DNA from: an uncultured Candidatus Saccharibacteria bacterium
GTDB taxonomy: Bacteria; Patescibacteriota; Minisyncoccia; Phycocordibacterales; UBA9973
Direction: 5' to 3'
Length of the DNA: 57,529 bases
Assembly: GCA_964481155.1 (NCBI GenBank)
Contig: CAYZSX010000002.1
Location: forward strand, 1 to 57,529
Both the position numbers and the translations under genes were made by a program. Positions 19,970 through 29,040 of the stretch are shown in pieces (position 1 is the first letter of the stretch; each line of letters starts with the position of its first letter). The notes beneath the pieces were generated by a model, which saw only the letters and a program-made list of their open reading frames with translations, searched no databases and had not been told where the DNA came from.

Positions 19970-22234
19970 CTATTTCGCCACTTTCACCGCTTCATCAAAC
20001 TTGATCGAGAGGAGTTTGGATGCGCCGTCAGAACCGAGAGTGACACCGTAGAGGACATTTGCGCGACTCATAGTCTCGCGGTTGTGGGTCACGACGATGA
20101 GCTGTGAGTATTCACTGAGTCGCTCCACCATATCGCCATATCGGCGAGAGTTGGCTTCATCGAGCGCTGCATCAGTCTCGTCGAGGACAAGAAATGGTGG
20201 TGGGTTGACCTGACTGATCGCAAAGAGAAGCGCGATCGACACAAGGGATCGTTCGCCACCAGAGAGCATGGTGAGTTCTTTGACCTTTTTCTCGGGGAGG
20301 TTCACATGCACCTCGATACCGCGTTCCATGAAGCGATCATCACCACTGTCTTCTACTTCATCTATATCAGAGAGCTCAGTATCGCTTTTTTTCTTGCGGC
20401 GCTTTTCAGTAGTGATCGAGAGAAACGCGCTTCCCCCACCAAACATGGTTTTGAAAAATTCACTGAAGCGTTCGTTGATGATTGCGACACCGCTCGTGAA
20501 CTTGTCATCGAGCACCTTTTTGAGATCAATGATGAGGGTCTCGAGGTTGCGGATCGAGGCTTCGATATCAGCAACTTCTCGCGCGAGAAATGCATCACGC
20601 TCTACTGTACTTTCATACTCACCCACCACTTCATGGCCGATGCCTGCGTGTTCATCAAGACGGATCTTGAGCCTGTCGATCGAGCGCTTGAGATCGTGGA
20701 GATCGATCTCGGGTGTCCCAGCAGTTTGTTGGAGTCGGTGGATCATCTGCGGACCAAAGATCACCGCAGCTTCTTTGAGCTCTGTATCAAAGATCTGCTT
20801 GCGCTCCGCCCAGGTACTGTGGCTTGCCGAGAGGATGTGAAGCTCAGCATTGCACTCAGTGAGCTGTCCTTGGATCTGGTACCGCGCAGCTACTGCGCTT
20901 TGTTGCGCTTGTGCATGGGCATCACGATCACGCTCAAGTGTTTCGATTGTTTTTCGCACAGATGTTTCTTGTTGGACAATCTGCACAAGGGTATGCTGTA
21001 CGTCTTCGAGTTCACGCGCCATATCAGCGATCGTATCTCTATCAGTCTGTGCTACTTGCTTATCACCCTGAGAAGTTTGTGGCTGACGAGCGCGAAGTGC
21101 CTGTATGATTGGCGTGATCTGTCCAAGTGCGCGCTCAACATCAGCAATCGTCTGCGCGGCCCCAATCGTCTGGATACCATACTCAAGGTCTGTGAGAAGC
21201 TGTGCGTACTCGGTCGGCGCAAATGTGATACTCGGCCCTGCGGCAGGTGTGCGCTCATGCATGAGTCTACGCTCAACTTCGATCATACCTTCGAGACGCG
21301 CGATGCGACTTTCGAGAGAGCGACGTTTTTCTCGAAGCTCGTCGAGCGCGTTTCGCTCGCGAGCAATGTCGTGATGGTGCTCACTCACCGATTCTGCAGG
21401 GAGCGATGCGAGCGCGCGCTCGAGATCTTGTTTTTTGTGTTGGAGAAGCTGTATCGCGCTCATGATACGAGTTTCTTCTTGAGCAAGGTGCATCTTTTCG
21501 GTAGCGAGGTATTGGACAAGGAGCCCTTCGAGCTCTGTACGAATCGTTTTACCTTTTTCTATTTTTTCAACTTGTTTTTTGAGAAATGAAAGGTGAGGCG
21601 CAAGTTCGCGACGAAGCGACTGGACATCTTTGAGGGTGTCTATACTTTTGATGAGTTTTGATTCGCTTTCTTTGATACGGTAGTGATAGATTTTGAGCCC
21701 AAGCGCTTCCTCGAGCATCTCTCGTCGCTCGCGCGCGTTGACGCGCAAGATACTGTCAGCTTCACCCTGAGAGATGATGTGGTGGCTCGACGCGCCAATG
21801 TTGACCGATGAGAGGAGCTCGATCATCGTCTTGAGTCTGATTTCTGTACCGTTCATGAGGTACTTACTCGTCCCATCTGCAAACAACTCACGAGTAAATG
21901 TGATCGTATCAAACAACACTGGCGTATCTGATTGCTCAGCACCTTCACGAAGCGGAAATGCAAAGACATTGTCACTGTTGTCAAACGTGATTGAGACCGA
22001 TGCGCGTGAGAGTTTGGCAGCACCATTTGATCCACGAAAGATAAGGTCGGCGCCTGTCTTGCCGCGCATACTTTTCATGGACTGCTCACCAAGGACAAAG
22101 CGAAATGCTTCAACCACATTGGATTTACCCGATCCGTTGGGACCTACGACCGCAGTGACTGGTGCGGTAAACGACAGATTGCTCTTTTTAGCAAACGATT
22201 TAAACCCGGCTATCTCGATGTGCTGGAGACGCAT
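19970..22234 (-). CDS. smc: SMC-family chromosome segregation ATPase, short form without an obvious hinge
   Basis: 754 aa. Canonical SMC head halves: N-terminal FKSF...VVGPNGSGKSNVVEAFRFVLGEQS, C-terminal LSGGERSLVSIALLFA and FLVLDETDAALD. The middle is Glu/Arg/Leu-rich coiled coil. Confidence 0.85.
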   Translation of the reverse strand: MRLQHIEIAGFKSFAKKSNLSFTAPVTAVVGPNGSGKSNVVEAFRFVLGEQSMKSMRGKTGADLIFRGSNGAAKLSRASVSITFDNSDNVFAFPLREGAEQSDTPVLFDTITFTRELFADGTSKYLMNGTEIRLKTMIELLSSVNIGASSHHIISQGEADSILRVNARERREMLEEALGLKIYHYRIKESESKLIKSIDTLKDVQSLRRELAPHLSFLKKQVEKIEKGKTIRTELEGLLVQYLATEKMHLAQEETRIMSAIQLLQHKKQDLERALASLPAESVSEHHHDIARERNALDELREKRRSLESRIARLEGMIEVERRLMHERTPAAGPSITFAPTEYAQLLTDLEYGIQTIGAAQTIADVERALGQITPIIQALRARQPQTSQGDKQVAQTDRDTIADMARELEDVQHTLVQIVQQETSVRKTIETLERDRDAHAQAQQSAVAARYQIQGQLTECNAELHILSASHSTWAERKQIFDTELKEAAVIFGPQMIHRLQQTAGTPEIDLHDLKRSIDRLKIRLDEHAGIGHEVVGEYESTVERDAFLAREVADIEASIRNLETLIIDLKKVLDDKFTSGVAIINERFSEFFKTMFGGGSAFLSITTEKRRKKKSDTELSDIDEVEDSGDDRFMERGIEVHVNLPEKKVKELTMLSGGERSLVSIALLFAISQVNPPPFLVLDETDAALDEANSRRYGDMVERLSEYSQLIVVTHNRETMSRANVLYGVTLGSDGASKLLSIKFDEAVKVAK

Positions 22235-22270
22235 GATGAGGGAAGTATACCATTGTACGTATATAAATAT

Positions 22271-22297
22271 AAAAAAACCCGCTACGTGCGGGTTTTT
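22271..22297 (-). terminator. rho-independent terminator
   Basis: AAAAAAACCCGC-TACGT-GCGGGTTTTT, symmetric, located between the 22317 gene stop and the smc start. Confidence 0.75.
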
Positions 22298-22316
22298 GTT
22301 TGGCGAGATAGTTACT

Positions 22317-22823
22317 CTATTGAGGATTCAATATTTTAACCACCCCTCTTCTGATTATTTCATTTCCTGCTGCAATCACCGTTTGGCCAGCTGGAGAATT
22401 CGCAATCGCTGTCAATGTTTCCCGGCTTCTGGTTTTTTTCTCAGTATCAGTACTTCCATAAACTGCACTTGCTTTTTGTACAAAAGCTTTTGCGGTAAAT
22501 GAGTAAAAATACTTACCCTCATACGAAAGGAGTGTTTCTCCTTTTGCAGGTACAAGGATAGAAGTTGTACCGTTAGAGTAGTAATACACGTACTGACTCT
22601 TTTCTTTTTTCTTCAGAACCTTCTTTTTAGTACTGGGACTGTTGAGCACAGCATTCGGATCAGCAATGCAGATATCTTTGATTTTTTGTTTTCCTCCTTC
22701 AGAGCTGAGGAGAACAATATCAATCGAATCGACACCAATCGCCCACGGCTGCTGGATTTGCGCTTGGGCATGTATGCCGGTAGAAATGATTAACAACAAA
22801 GCAATAGCAAAGAACTTTTTCAT
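22317..22823 (-). CDS. secreted hypothetical protein
   Basis: 168 aa with a signal peptide (MKKFFAIALLLIISTGIHAQA) and a Lys-rich patch. No family recognised. AT-richer than its neighbours. Confidence 0.55.
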   Translation of the reverse strand: MKKFFAIALLLIISTGIHAQAQIQQPWAIGVDSIDIVLLSSEGGKQKIKDICIADPNAVLNSPSTKKKVLKKKEKSQYVYYYSNGTTSILVPAKGETLLSYEGKYFYSFTAKAFVQKASAVYGSTDTEKKTRSRETLTAIANSPAGQTVIAAGNEIIRRGVVKILNPQ

Positions 22824-22897
22824 TACACAATAGTTTTTATGGTTAATGTAATTATTTCCTAATCACATTATACACTATTTGTATAAAAAAGTCAAGT

Positions 22898-23596
22898 CTA
22901 TTTCCACCCTTTAATTTCAAGGGCATTTTGAGCTGCCGCCTGCTCACCTTCTTGCTTACTGCGGCCTTTTCCTTCTGCTATTTTCTTGTCGCCAAAAAAG
23001 ATGCCGATCGTGAAGTTTTTGTCATGATCCGGACCGGTCTCTGCGACGACTTTGTAGGCTGGGGTGACCCCGACTCGCTCTTGCGCTTCTTCTTGGATGC
23101 GGCTCTTGGGGTCTTTCCATGCTTTGTTTTTGATGATGTCATCGAGCTTGATGAGGAGTGTGTCTTTGACGAATGCGTCACACGCAGCATAGCCTTGATC
23201 GAGATAGAGCGCTCCGACAAATGATTCGTATGTGTTAGCAAGGATAGTCTGTCGAGCGCGACCGGTGTCTTTGGATTCACCTTTTGAAAGGAGGAGGTAG
23301 TCATTCATCCCGAGATCGCGAGCAACTTCTCCCATGATGACAGCATTGACAAGCGCAGAGCGGTACGCGGTCAGATCACCTTCGTGGTTTGTTGGGTAGT
23401 TGCGAAACAGGTAGTCAGTGACAACGAGCTCGATCACTGCATCACCGAGAAACTCGAGGCGTTCATTGTGTTCGAGGCCGCTTTTGGGGTTTTCGTTGAT
23501 GTATGAACGATGGATAAACGCGTGCTTGAGTATGTCTTTGTTGATAAACGTGATACCGATCGATTGTTCAAATGGAGTAAAATCTTTTTCTTTCAT
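22898..23596 (-). CDS. rnc: ribonuclease III
   Basis: 232 aa with the signature NERLEFLGDAV and a C-terminal dsRNA-binding domain (GPDHDKNFTIG...GRSKQEGEQAAA). Confidence 0.95.
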   Translation of the reverse strand: MKEKDFTPFEQSIGITFINKDILKHAFIHRSYINENPKSGLEHNERLEFLGDAVIELVVTDYLFRNYPTNHEGDLTAYRSALVNAVIMGEVARDLGMNDYLLLSKGESKDTGRARQTILANTYESFVGALYLDQGYAACDAFVKDTLLIKLDDIIKNKAWKDPKSRIQEEAQERVGVTPAYKVVAETGPDHDKNFTIGIFFGDKKIAEGKGRSKQEGEQAAAQNALEIKGWK

Positions 23597-23666
23597 AATA
23601 AATACAAATAAGTATGTGAGATAAATTGGAGATTATCGACTAGTCCTCTAGTCTACAATCTGCAAC

Positions 23667-24578
23667 TTACTTGCTAGTAATCTTTTCAATCGCCTTTGCG
23701 ATCAGCGGCAATATATCATCGTAGATAGTTAAGTCAACTACCTCATGGAGCTGGAACCACTGAGCCTTGTCGAGACCGCCGTTGGTATGTAGATCAAGTT
23801 CTTGGTACGTCGCCTCTGCAAGGTAAAACACTACCTTTTTGAGCAGTTTACCCTTTTCTGGATGCGAAGCGACGTATTCGATCGCACCGAGCTCAGGACC
23901 AAGCTCGACAGTGATACCGAGCTTTTCTTCGATCTCGCGCTTTGCCGTTTGTTCGATAGTTTCGCCTTCTTCAGCGCCGCCTTTGGGGAGTGTCCAGTAT
24001 CCAAATACATCGTGTACAAGTGCGACATACTCAACACCTTCGTGTCGCGCATGAACGATGCCGCCCCCCTTGAGTTCAACCGGAAGCTTGGAGATATCGA
24101 TTGGTTCTTCTGGTTCTTTTGCTTTTGATGCACGAGGTTTTGATGTTTGCTCTTTACCCGGTTCGCCGATTTCTTTGTAGACCGCACCGAGCACACCGTT
24201 GACAAACTTGCCACTATTTTCTCCCCCAAACGTCTTGGCGAGTTCGATCGCTTCATTGATTGCAACTTTTGGCGGAACCTGTTCTCTATCACCAAAGAGA
24301 AGCTCAGCAAGTCCCATGCGCAAGATGTTGCGATCGACGTTTGAGATCTTTTCAAGTGGCCATTCAGGAGCAGCCTTGGTGAGGATATCATCGATGATGG
24401 CAAGCTTGCGCTGGACGAGCTCTGCGATCGCGTAGATAAACGCTTCATCATTGTGCCCTGGCGCAAACTCAGCAGTATCTCGATCAATGATTGATTTGAG
24501 ATCTTCTGGTTTGCCAATGAAATCCCACTCAAAGAGCGCCTGGAGGACTATTGATCGTGAGAGGTGTCGGTTTGCCAT
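23667..24578 (-). CDS. nusB: NusB antitermination factor fused to a NUDIX hydrolase domain
   Basis: The N-terminal roughly 140 aa are NusB-like (RSIVLQALFEWDF...DRNILRMGLAELLF...VAINEAIELAKTFG). A Lys/Pro/Glu linker follows. The C-terminal domain carries a near-consensus NUDIX box, GGAEEGETIEQTAKREIEEKLGI. It is one uninterrupted ORF. Confidence 0.8.
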   Translation of the reverse strand: MANRHLSRSIVLQALFEWDFIGKPEDLKSIIDRDTAEFAPGHNDEAFIYAIAELVQRKLAIIDDILTKAAPEWPLEKISNVDRNILRMGLAELLFGDREQVPPKVAINEAIELAKTFGGENSGKFVNGVLGAVYKEIGEPGKEQTSKPRASKAKEPEEPIDISKLPVELKGGGIVHARHEGVEYVALVHDVFGYWTLPKGGAEEGETIEQTAKREIEEKLGITVELGPELGAIEYVASHPEKGKLLKKVVFYLAEATYQELDLHTNGGLDKAQWFQLHEVVDLTIYDDILPLIAKAIEKITSK

Positions 24579-24602
24579 AAAGAACAAGAGGTTTAGGTTA
24601 GA

Positions 24603-24809
24603 TTATTTCTTAGCTTTTTTCTGCTTTTTGATGACCTTTTTGACCTGGTCTTTGCCTACCGAGCGGCCTTTGTACATACCATCAAGAGTAGCCTTGTGGC
24701 GGATGTGCGGAGTGCCAGCCTTGTCTGTCGAAAGCGCAAGCGGTTTGAGCGCGTGATGTGAGCGGCGGTTTGCCGTGTGCGCTCGGGTGTGTCTCATTCG
24801 TACTACCAT
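24603..24809 (-). CDS. rpmF: 50S ribosomal protein L32
   Basis: MVVRMRHTRAHTANRRSHHALK...HIRHKATLDGMYKGRSV matches the L32 pattern (RRSH.AL, H..C/H...G.Y.GR). The start was moved to 24809; the longest ORF would overlap thrS. Confidence 0.85.
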   Translation of the reverse strand: MVVRMRHTRAHTANRRSHHALKPLALSTDKAGTPHIRHKATLDGMYKGRSVGKDQVKKVIKKQKKAKK

Positions 24810-24890
24810 AGTGGATATACTATACACCAAAAGATCAAAATATGCAAAAGAGTCTTTTATAAGGCGAGAAACGGTGGTATAGTCTTGTCT

Positions 24891-26636
24891 ATGAATACCG
24901 ACAACCTCGCACATCAGCGCCATTCACTCGCCCATCTCCTTGGGGCTGCCGTGATGGAGCTCTACCCTGATGCCAAGCTAACCCTCGGACCTGCAGTAGA
25001 CGACGGATTTTACTATGATGTCAAGTTCTCGCAGCCACTGAGTGCTGACGCACTCCCTGCGATCGAAGCAAAAATGCGCGAGATCCTCCCGGCATGGACA
25101 TCTGTAGTACACCAAGAAGTGTCAAAAGAGGAAGCGCTTGCGCACTATGCTGGCAATGAGTTTAAGATAGAGCTCATAAGAGAGATCGCAGACCGTGGTG
25201 AACCAATCACTCTCTACACAATGGGATCATTTACCGATCTGTGCCGCGGTGGACATATCGATGATCTGAGCTCAATCGACCCGGATTCATTTATGCTTGA
25301 TCGTATCGCCGGTGCATACTGGCGCGGCAACGAATCAAATCCGATGCTCACTCGTATCTACGGACTTGCGTTTCTCACAAAGGCAGACCTGGACGCGCAC
25401 CTTGCAGCCCGTGCTGAAGCTGAAAAACGTGATCACCGCAAACTCGGCAAAGAAATGTCTATCTTTGCGTTTGACGATATGGTCGGCGGTGGACTTCCGC
25501 TCTGGCTCCCCAACGGCGCAGCAATGATCGAAGAGCTCGAAACGCTTGCCAAAGAATCAGAATTTGCTCAAGAGTACAGTCGCGTGCGCACCCCACACCT
25601 TGCCAAAGAATCGATGTACCTGACCTCAGGACACCTCCCCTACTACGAAGACTCCATGTATCCTCCGATGGAGTACGAAGGCGGCAAATACTATCTCAAG
25701 GCTATGAACTGTCCGCACCACCACAAGATATTTGCAGCAGAACCCAAAAGCTACCGCGATCTCCCGCTCCGACTCGCTGAGTATGGCACCTGCTACCGTC
25801 ACGAAAAATCCGGTGAACTCTTTGGGCTCATGCGCGTACGCTCGCTCCAAATGAACGATGCACATATCTACTGTACCGAAGAGCAGTTTGCAGATGAGTT
25901 TCGCAAGGTAAACGACCTCTATCTCCAGTATTTCAAGATATTTGGTATTGATAAATACGTCATGCGTCTGTCACTTCACGACAAAGCACATCTTGGCAAA
26001 AAATACGTCGACGAACCCGAGCTCTGGGCAAAGACCGAGGCGATGGTCCGCAAGGTACTCGTTGATTCTGGTATCCCATTTGTCGAGGTTGCCAACGAAG
26101 CAGCATTTTATGGTCCCAAGATCGATGTGCAAGTATGGAGCGCGATTGGTCGTGAGTTTACCCTTGCAACCAACCAAGTTGACTTTGCTGTCCCTGCCCG
26201 GTTTGGACTTGTCTACACTGACCGTGACGGCAAACAAAAGACACCGCTGTGCATCCACCGCGCACCCCTCGGCACTCATGAGCGTTTCATCGGATTTCTC
26301 ATCGAACACTTTGGCGGAACATTTCCAACATGGCTTGCTCCTATCCAAGTTTCACTTATCCCTGTCAAAGATGCGCATGTAGATGCAGCGCACGATGTCA
26401 AAAAAGAGCTTCGCGCACTCGGTATACGAGCAACCGTATATGATGATACCAACTCACTCGGTAAACGGATCCACGCCGCAAAAACAATGAGGCCTCCCTA
26501 TATCATCGTACTCGGTGACCAAGAAATTCAGTCTGGAACCTATACTATCGAACTCCGCTCTGGAGAGAAACTCTCCATGACCAAACAAGCGTTTGTAGAA
26601 AAAATAACTACTGAGATTGCCAACCGAACTCGATAG
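24891..26636 (+). CDS. thrS: threonyl-tRNA synthetase lacking the N-terminal TGS domain
   Basis: The start was moved to MNTDNLAHQRHSLAHLLG, where the editing-domain HxxxH motif is at residues 11-15. Class II core and HRAPLGTHERFIGFLIEHFGGTFPTWLAP are present, followed by an anticodon-binding domain. Confidence 0.9.
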   Translation: MNTDNLAHQRHSLAHLLGAAVMELYPDAKLTLGPAVDDGFYYDVKFSQPLSADALPAIEAKMREILPAWTSVVHQEVSKEEALAHYAGNEFKIELIREIADRGEPITLYTMGSFTDLCRGGHIDDLSSIDPDSFMLDRIAGAYWRGNESNPMLTRIYGLAFLTKADLDAHLAARAEAEKRDHRKLGKEMSIFAFDDMVGGGLPLWLPNGAAMIEELETLAKESEFAQEYSRVRTPHLAKESMYLTSGHLPYYEDSMYPPMEYEGGKYYLKAMNCPHHHKIFAAEPKSYRDLPLRLAEYGTCYRHEKSGELFGLMRVRSLQMNDAHIYCTEEQFADEFRKVNDLYLQYFKIFGIDKYVMRLSLHDKAHLGKKYVDEPELWAKTEAMVRKVLVDSGIPFVEVANEAAFYGPKIDVQVWSAIGREFTLATNQVDFAVPARFGLVYTDRDGKQKTPLCIHRAPLGTHERFIGFLIEHFGGTFPTWLAPIQVSLIPVKDAHVDAAHDVKKELRALGIRATVYDDTNSLGKRIHAAKTMRPPYIIVLGDQEIQSGTYTIELRSGEKLSMTKQAFVEKITTEIANRTR

Positions 26637-26649
26637 TTGGTAGTACACA

Positions 26650-26678
26650 AAAACATCTCGCATATCGCGAGATGTTTT
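26650..26678. terminator. bidirectional rho-independent terminator
   Basis: AAAACATCTCGC-ATAT-CGCGAGATGTTTT is a perfect palindromic hairpin between the convergent thrS (+) and the cohesin gene (-). Confidence 0.8.
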
Positions 26679-26679
26679 G

Positions 26680-28176
26680 TTATCCAAGGATAGAATCTTG
26701 TGTCTTTTTGATCGTACTGTTTACTGATTCTTGTGTGCGAACAATGTCTTGCTTGATCTGCACAAGCGCGCTTCGCTCTGTTTCTGTGAGATGTTGTGTC
26801 GAGTGAGATTTGAGAAGTAACCGTGCATATTCTTCGAGATCACTATCGATTGCTTGGAACTTTTTGCGAACATCGTTTTCTCCGACAAGCAGATCAGCAG
26901 CAACACGTTTCTTGAAGCGCTTGTACCGAGCAAGTGTATAGATAATGATAAAGAAGAAAACAAAGAGGAGTGCGATGAGTGGAATAATGAGTGAGAGCGT
27001 GTTGGTGAGCCAGAGTGTGAGACGTGAAAATACGTCATCGTGCACCACGATACGTACTGGTGCCGTTGGGGTGCTCTGAAGTCCTCCTTCAGATACAGCA
27101 CGTGCATAGATCGAGTAGCTACCGGATGAAGCTTTTTCTGGAGAGATATAGTTAAACTCACCCTTTTCATTAGCAATGGTTGTAGACTCAACTGGTCGAG
27201 TATCTGGATTGACGCCGGTGATGCGCGCAAAGAACGGGAATCGCCCCGGCAATCGTGTAGTGGTAAAGACTACTTTTGCTCGAGGATCAGCGATACCCTT
27301 GAGTACCATATATTCACCCGCAAATACATTTGTTGGGTAATCAGTGATAACTGGCTGACTCAAGTTTTTGGTTACAAAATCTGCAAAGGCAGTCAGTAGC
27401 ACACCATCTGGAGTAAGTGTTTTGAATTTTATGAGATGTGTACCCCGGGCAAGCTGCGGTGTCTGAAATACATGTGTCCCATCATCGGTCCATGTGATAA
27501 GTGGCAAATCATCTATTTGTACATCGTATTGCTGACCAGGATCAAGGAGTGTCGTGCTGATACGAAACTGTGTATACGGAGTAAATTCGTCTGCTTTAGG
27601 CACCTCTTCAACAGAAAGTGTATGCGTTGTCGTTGTTGGAACTACAGGGGTTTCTGTTATTGTTTGACTTGGGGCGGCAGTAGCTTTGGCAGGCCCGATG
27701 ATAACACGAGCGCTTTCACGAGCATTTAAAACATTGGTACCCTCCCCATTGTTTGCAAGGACGCTACCACTTGTCACCTCGACTGATGCAGTACCAGCCT
27801 TTTTTGCTTTAAAAACAAGTGTCACTACGGTGCCGTTTGTACCAGTAAATCCATTGAGTGCAATCGCTTCAAACTTGGCAGTACCTGTCGCATTTGAAAA
27901 CGTTGGTTCCTGTGCCCACAAGGTCATGATAGAACCTGTTTTGGATATAGAAGAGAGTGAAAGTAAATCAGTCGGATATGTAATCGTTGCAGCAGCACCA
28001 TTGATAGACTGCGTATCACTTGAAACTGCCACTTTGACCCGGACCGTATCTCCAACAGCGTATGAAGTTGATGTCGGGATAGCTTTGAGGACAGCTGCAT
28101 GCGCGACGATGCTCCCACTCGCAAGTGAGAGCATGCATACGACAATCATTATCTGTATCTTATGTTTTATACGCAT
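26680..28176 (-). CDS. membrane-anchored cohesin-domain surface protein
   Basis: Signal peptide (MRIKHKIQIMIVVCMLSLASGSIVAHA). Cohesin-like module (AVGDTVRVKVAVSSDTQSINGAAATITYPTDLLSL...FEAIALNGFTGTNGTVVTLVFKAKKAGTASV). Beta-rich Ig-like segments, a C-terminal TM (LIIPLIALLFVFFFIIIY) and a roughly 85-aa charged cytoplasmic tail. Confidence 0.7.
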   Translation of the reverse strand: MRIKHKIQIMIVVCMLSLASGSIVAHAAVLKAIPTSTSYAVGDTVRVKVAVSSDTQSINGAAATITYPTDLLSLSSISKTGSIMTLWAQEPTFSNATGTAKFEAIALNGFTGTNGTVVTLVFKAKKAGTASVEVTSGSVLANNGEGTNVLNARESARVIIGPAKATAAPSQTITETPVVPTTTTHTLSVEEVPKADEFTPYTQFRISTTLLDPGQQYDVQIDDLPLITWTDDGTHVFQTPQLARGTHLIKFKTLTPDGVLLTAFADFVTKNLSQPVITDYPTNVFAGEYMVLKGIADPRAKVVFTTTRLPGRFPFFARITGVNPDTRPVESTTIANEKGEFNYISPEKASSGSYSIYARAVSEGGLQSTPTAPVRIVVHDDVFSRLTLWLTNTLSLIIPLIALLFVFFFIIIYTLARYKRFKKRVAADLLVGENDVRKKFQAIDSDLEEYARLLLKSHSTQHLTETERSALVQIKQDIVRTQESVNSTIKKTQDSILG

Positions 28177-29038
28177 ATCGTTTGTACAACCACACCATTG
28201 CAGGAAAGATACCAAGTAACAATACAACAATAACTATCGCAACTGAAACTCTGTTGATCGGTGTACCGATTGTAACTATTGTTTTGTTGCCTGCATAATC
28301 AACTGCACGTACCTCTAGTGTAGCGCTATCGCTCTGATCTTCCAAGCGATATGGGCTTGATATTCGTTTCCATTCTCCATTTTGCTCTCGCACTTCTACG
28401 TACCATACCCCTGACTGCGCATCAGTCGCAGAAAATACAAGTACAGCGTCGCCATTATATAGATCAGATTCATGTACTCGCTGTGCTTGCAGTACTGGTG
28501 CGATAGTATCGGTGACAGTATATGTTTTGTTTGATGCTACAGAAGAAACCGTGAGTGTACTCTCAGATGAAGTGATCGGTGTGATCGTACCGTCACCATC
28601 ACCAGCTGCAACTGATCCACTCGAGACGATACGCGCAGTTCCTGGTGCGATTGATTCAAACACCAAACGAACGAGTTTCCCTGACTTGCGCACCGATGGT
28701 TCAAATGGATCGATAAATCCTGCAAAACCGTTTGGGATGATACCGCTAAATGACGTAGTACCCTGTCCCATCTGTGGCGATTCAATCCAGAGCGAGACGA
28801 TAGATTCACCGTCTTCGACTCGGACAAGTCGCAATGTATCAGTGCTGTACCTAATAGAGCTTTCGATACCATTAATAGTTGCACCCTCGGTATCAAGGAG
28901 CGCATCAACAGTGAACTGCTCTCGGAGATCAACCGATGCTGGATGCTCGAGATTGATCACCGCAGCATGTGCATAGAGCGGCAGTGCGAGTGCAATGATC
29001 ATACTCATTATAAAAGTGTGATGTGTTAGTATACGCAT
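28160..29038 (-). CDS. membrane-anchored cohesin-domain surface protein (short paralogue)
   Basis: 292 aa with a signal peptide. Cohesin-like module (EQFTVDALLDTEGATINGIESSIRYSTDTLRLV...IIPNGFAGF...GKLVRLVFESIAPGTARI), one Ig-like domain and a C-terminal TM (VAIVIVVLLLGIFPAMVWLY). Confidence 0.7.
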   Translation of the reverse strand: MRILTHHTFIMSMIIALALPLYAHAAVINLEHPASVDLREQFTVDALLDTEGATINGIESSIRYSTDTLRLVRVEDGESIVSLWIESPQMGQGTTSFSGIIPNGFAGFIDPFEPSVRKSGKLVRLVFESIAPGTARIVSSGSVAAGDGDGTITPITSSESTLTVSSVASNKTYTVTDTIAPVLQAQRVHESDLYNGDAVLVFSATDAQSGVWYVEVREQNGEWKRISSPYRLEDQSDSATLEVRAVDYAGNKTIVTIGTPINRVSVAIVIVVLLLGIFPAMVWLYKRYAYKT

Positions 29039-29040
29039 AC

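Noticed and set aside
20306-21589. A 427-aa plus-strand ORF, plus 20268..20840 and 21774..22502, overlapping smc.
   Set aside because: They are antisense to a gene with unmistakable SMC motifs. The coiled-coil codon bias (GAG, CTC, CGC) keeps the opposite strand open. No motifs are present.
23831-24532. A 233-aa alternative-frame minus-strand ORF inside nusB-NUDIX.
   Set aside because: It is on the same strand but out of frame with an ORF carrying both NusB and NUDIX motifs. The product is Ser/Lys/Arg-rich with no domain signal.
24777-24923. N-terminal extensions of the thrS ORF (from 24777) and the L32 ORF (to 24923), which would overlap each other on opposite strands.
   Set aside because: The conserved protein N-termini begin at internal Mets (24891 for ThrRS, 24809 for L32). 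The extensions have no homology-like features and would require a 147-nt divergent overlap.
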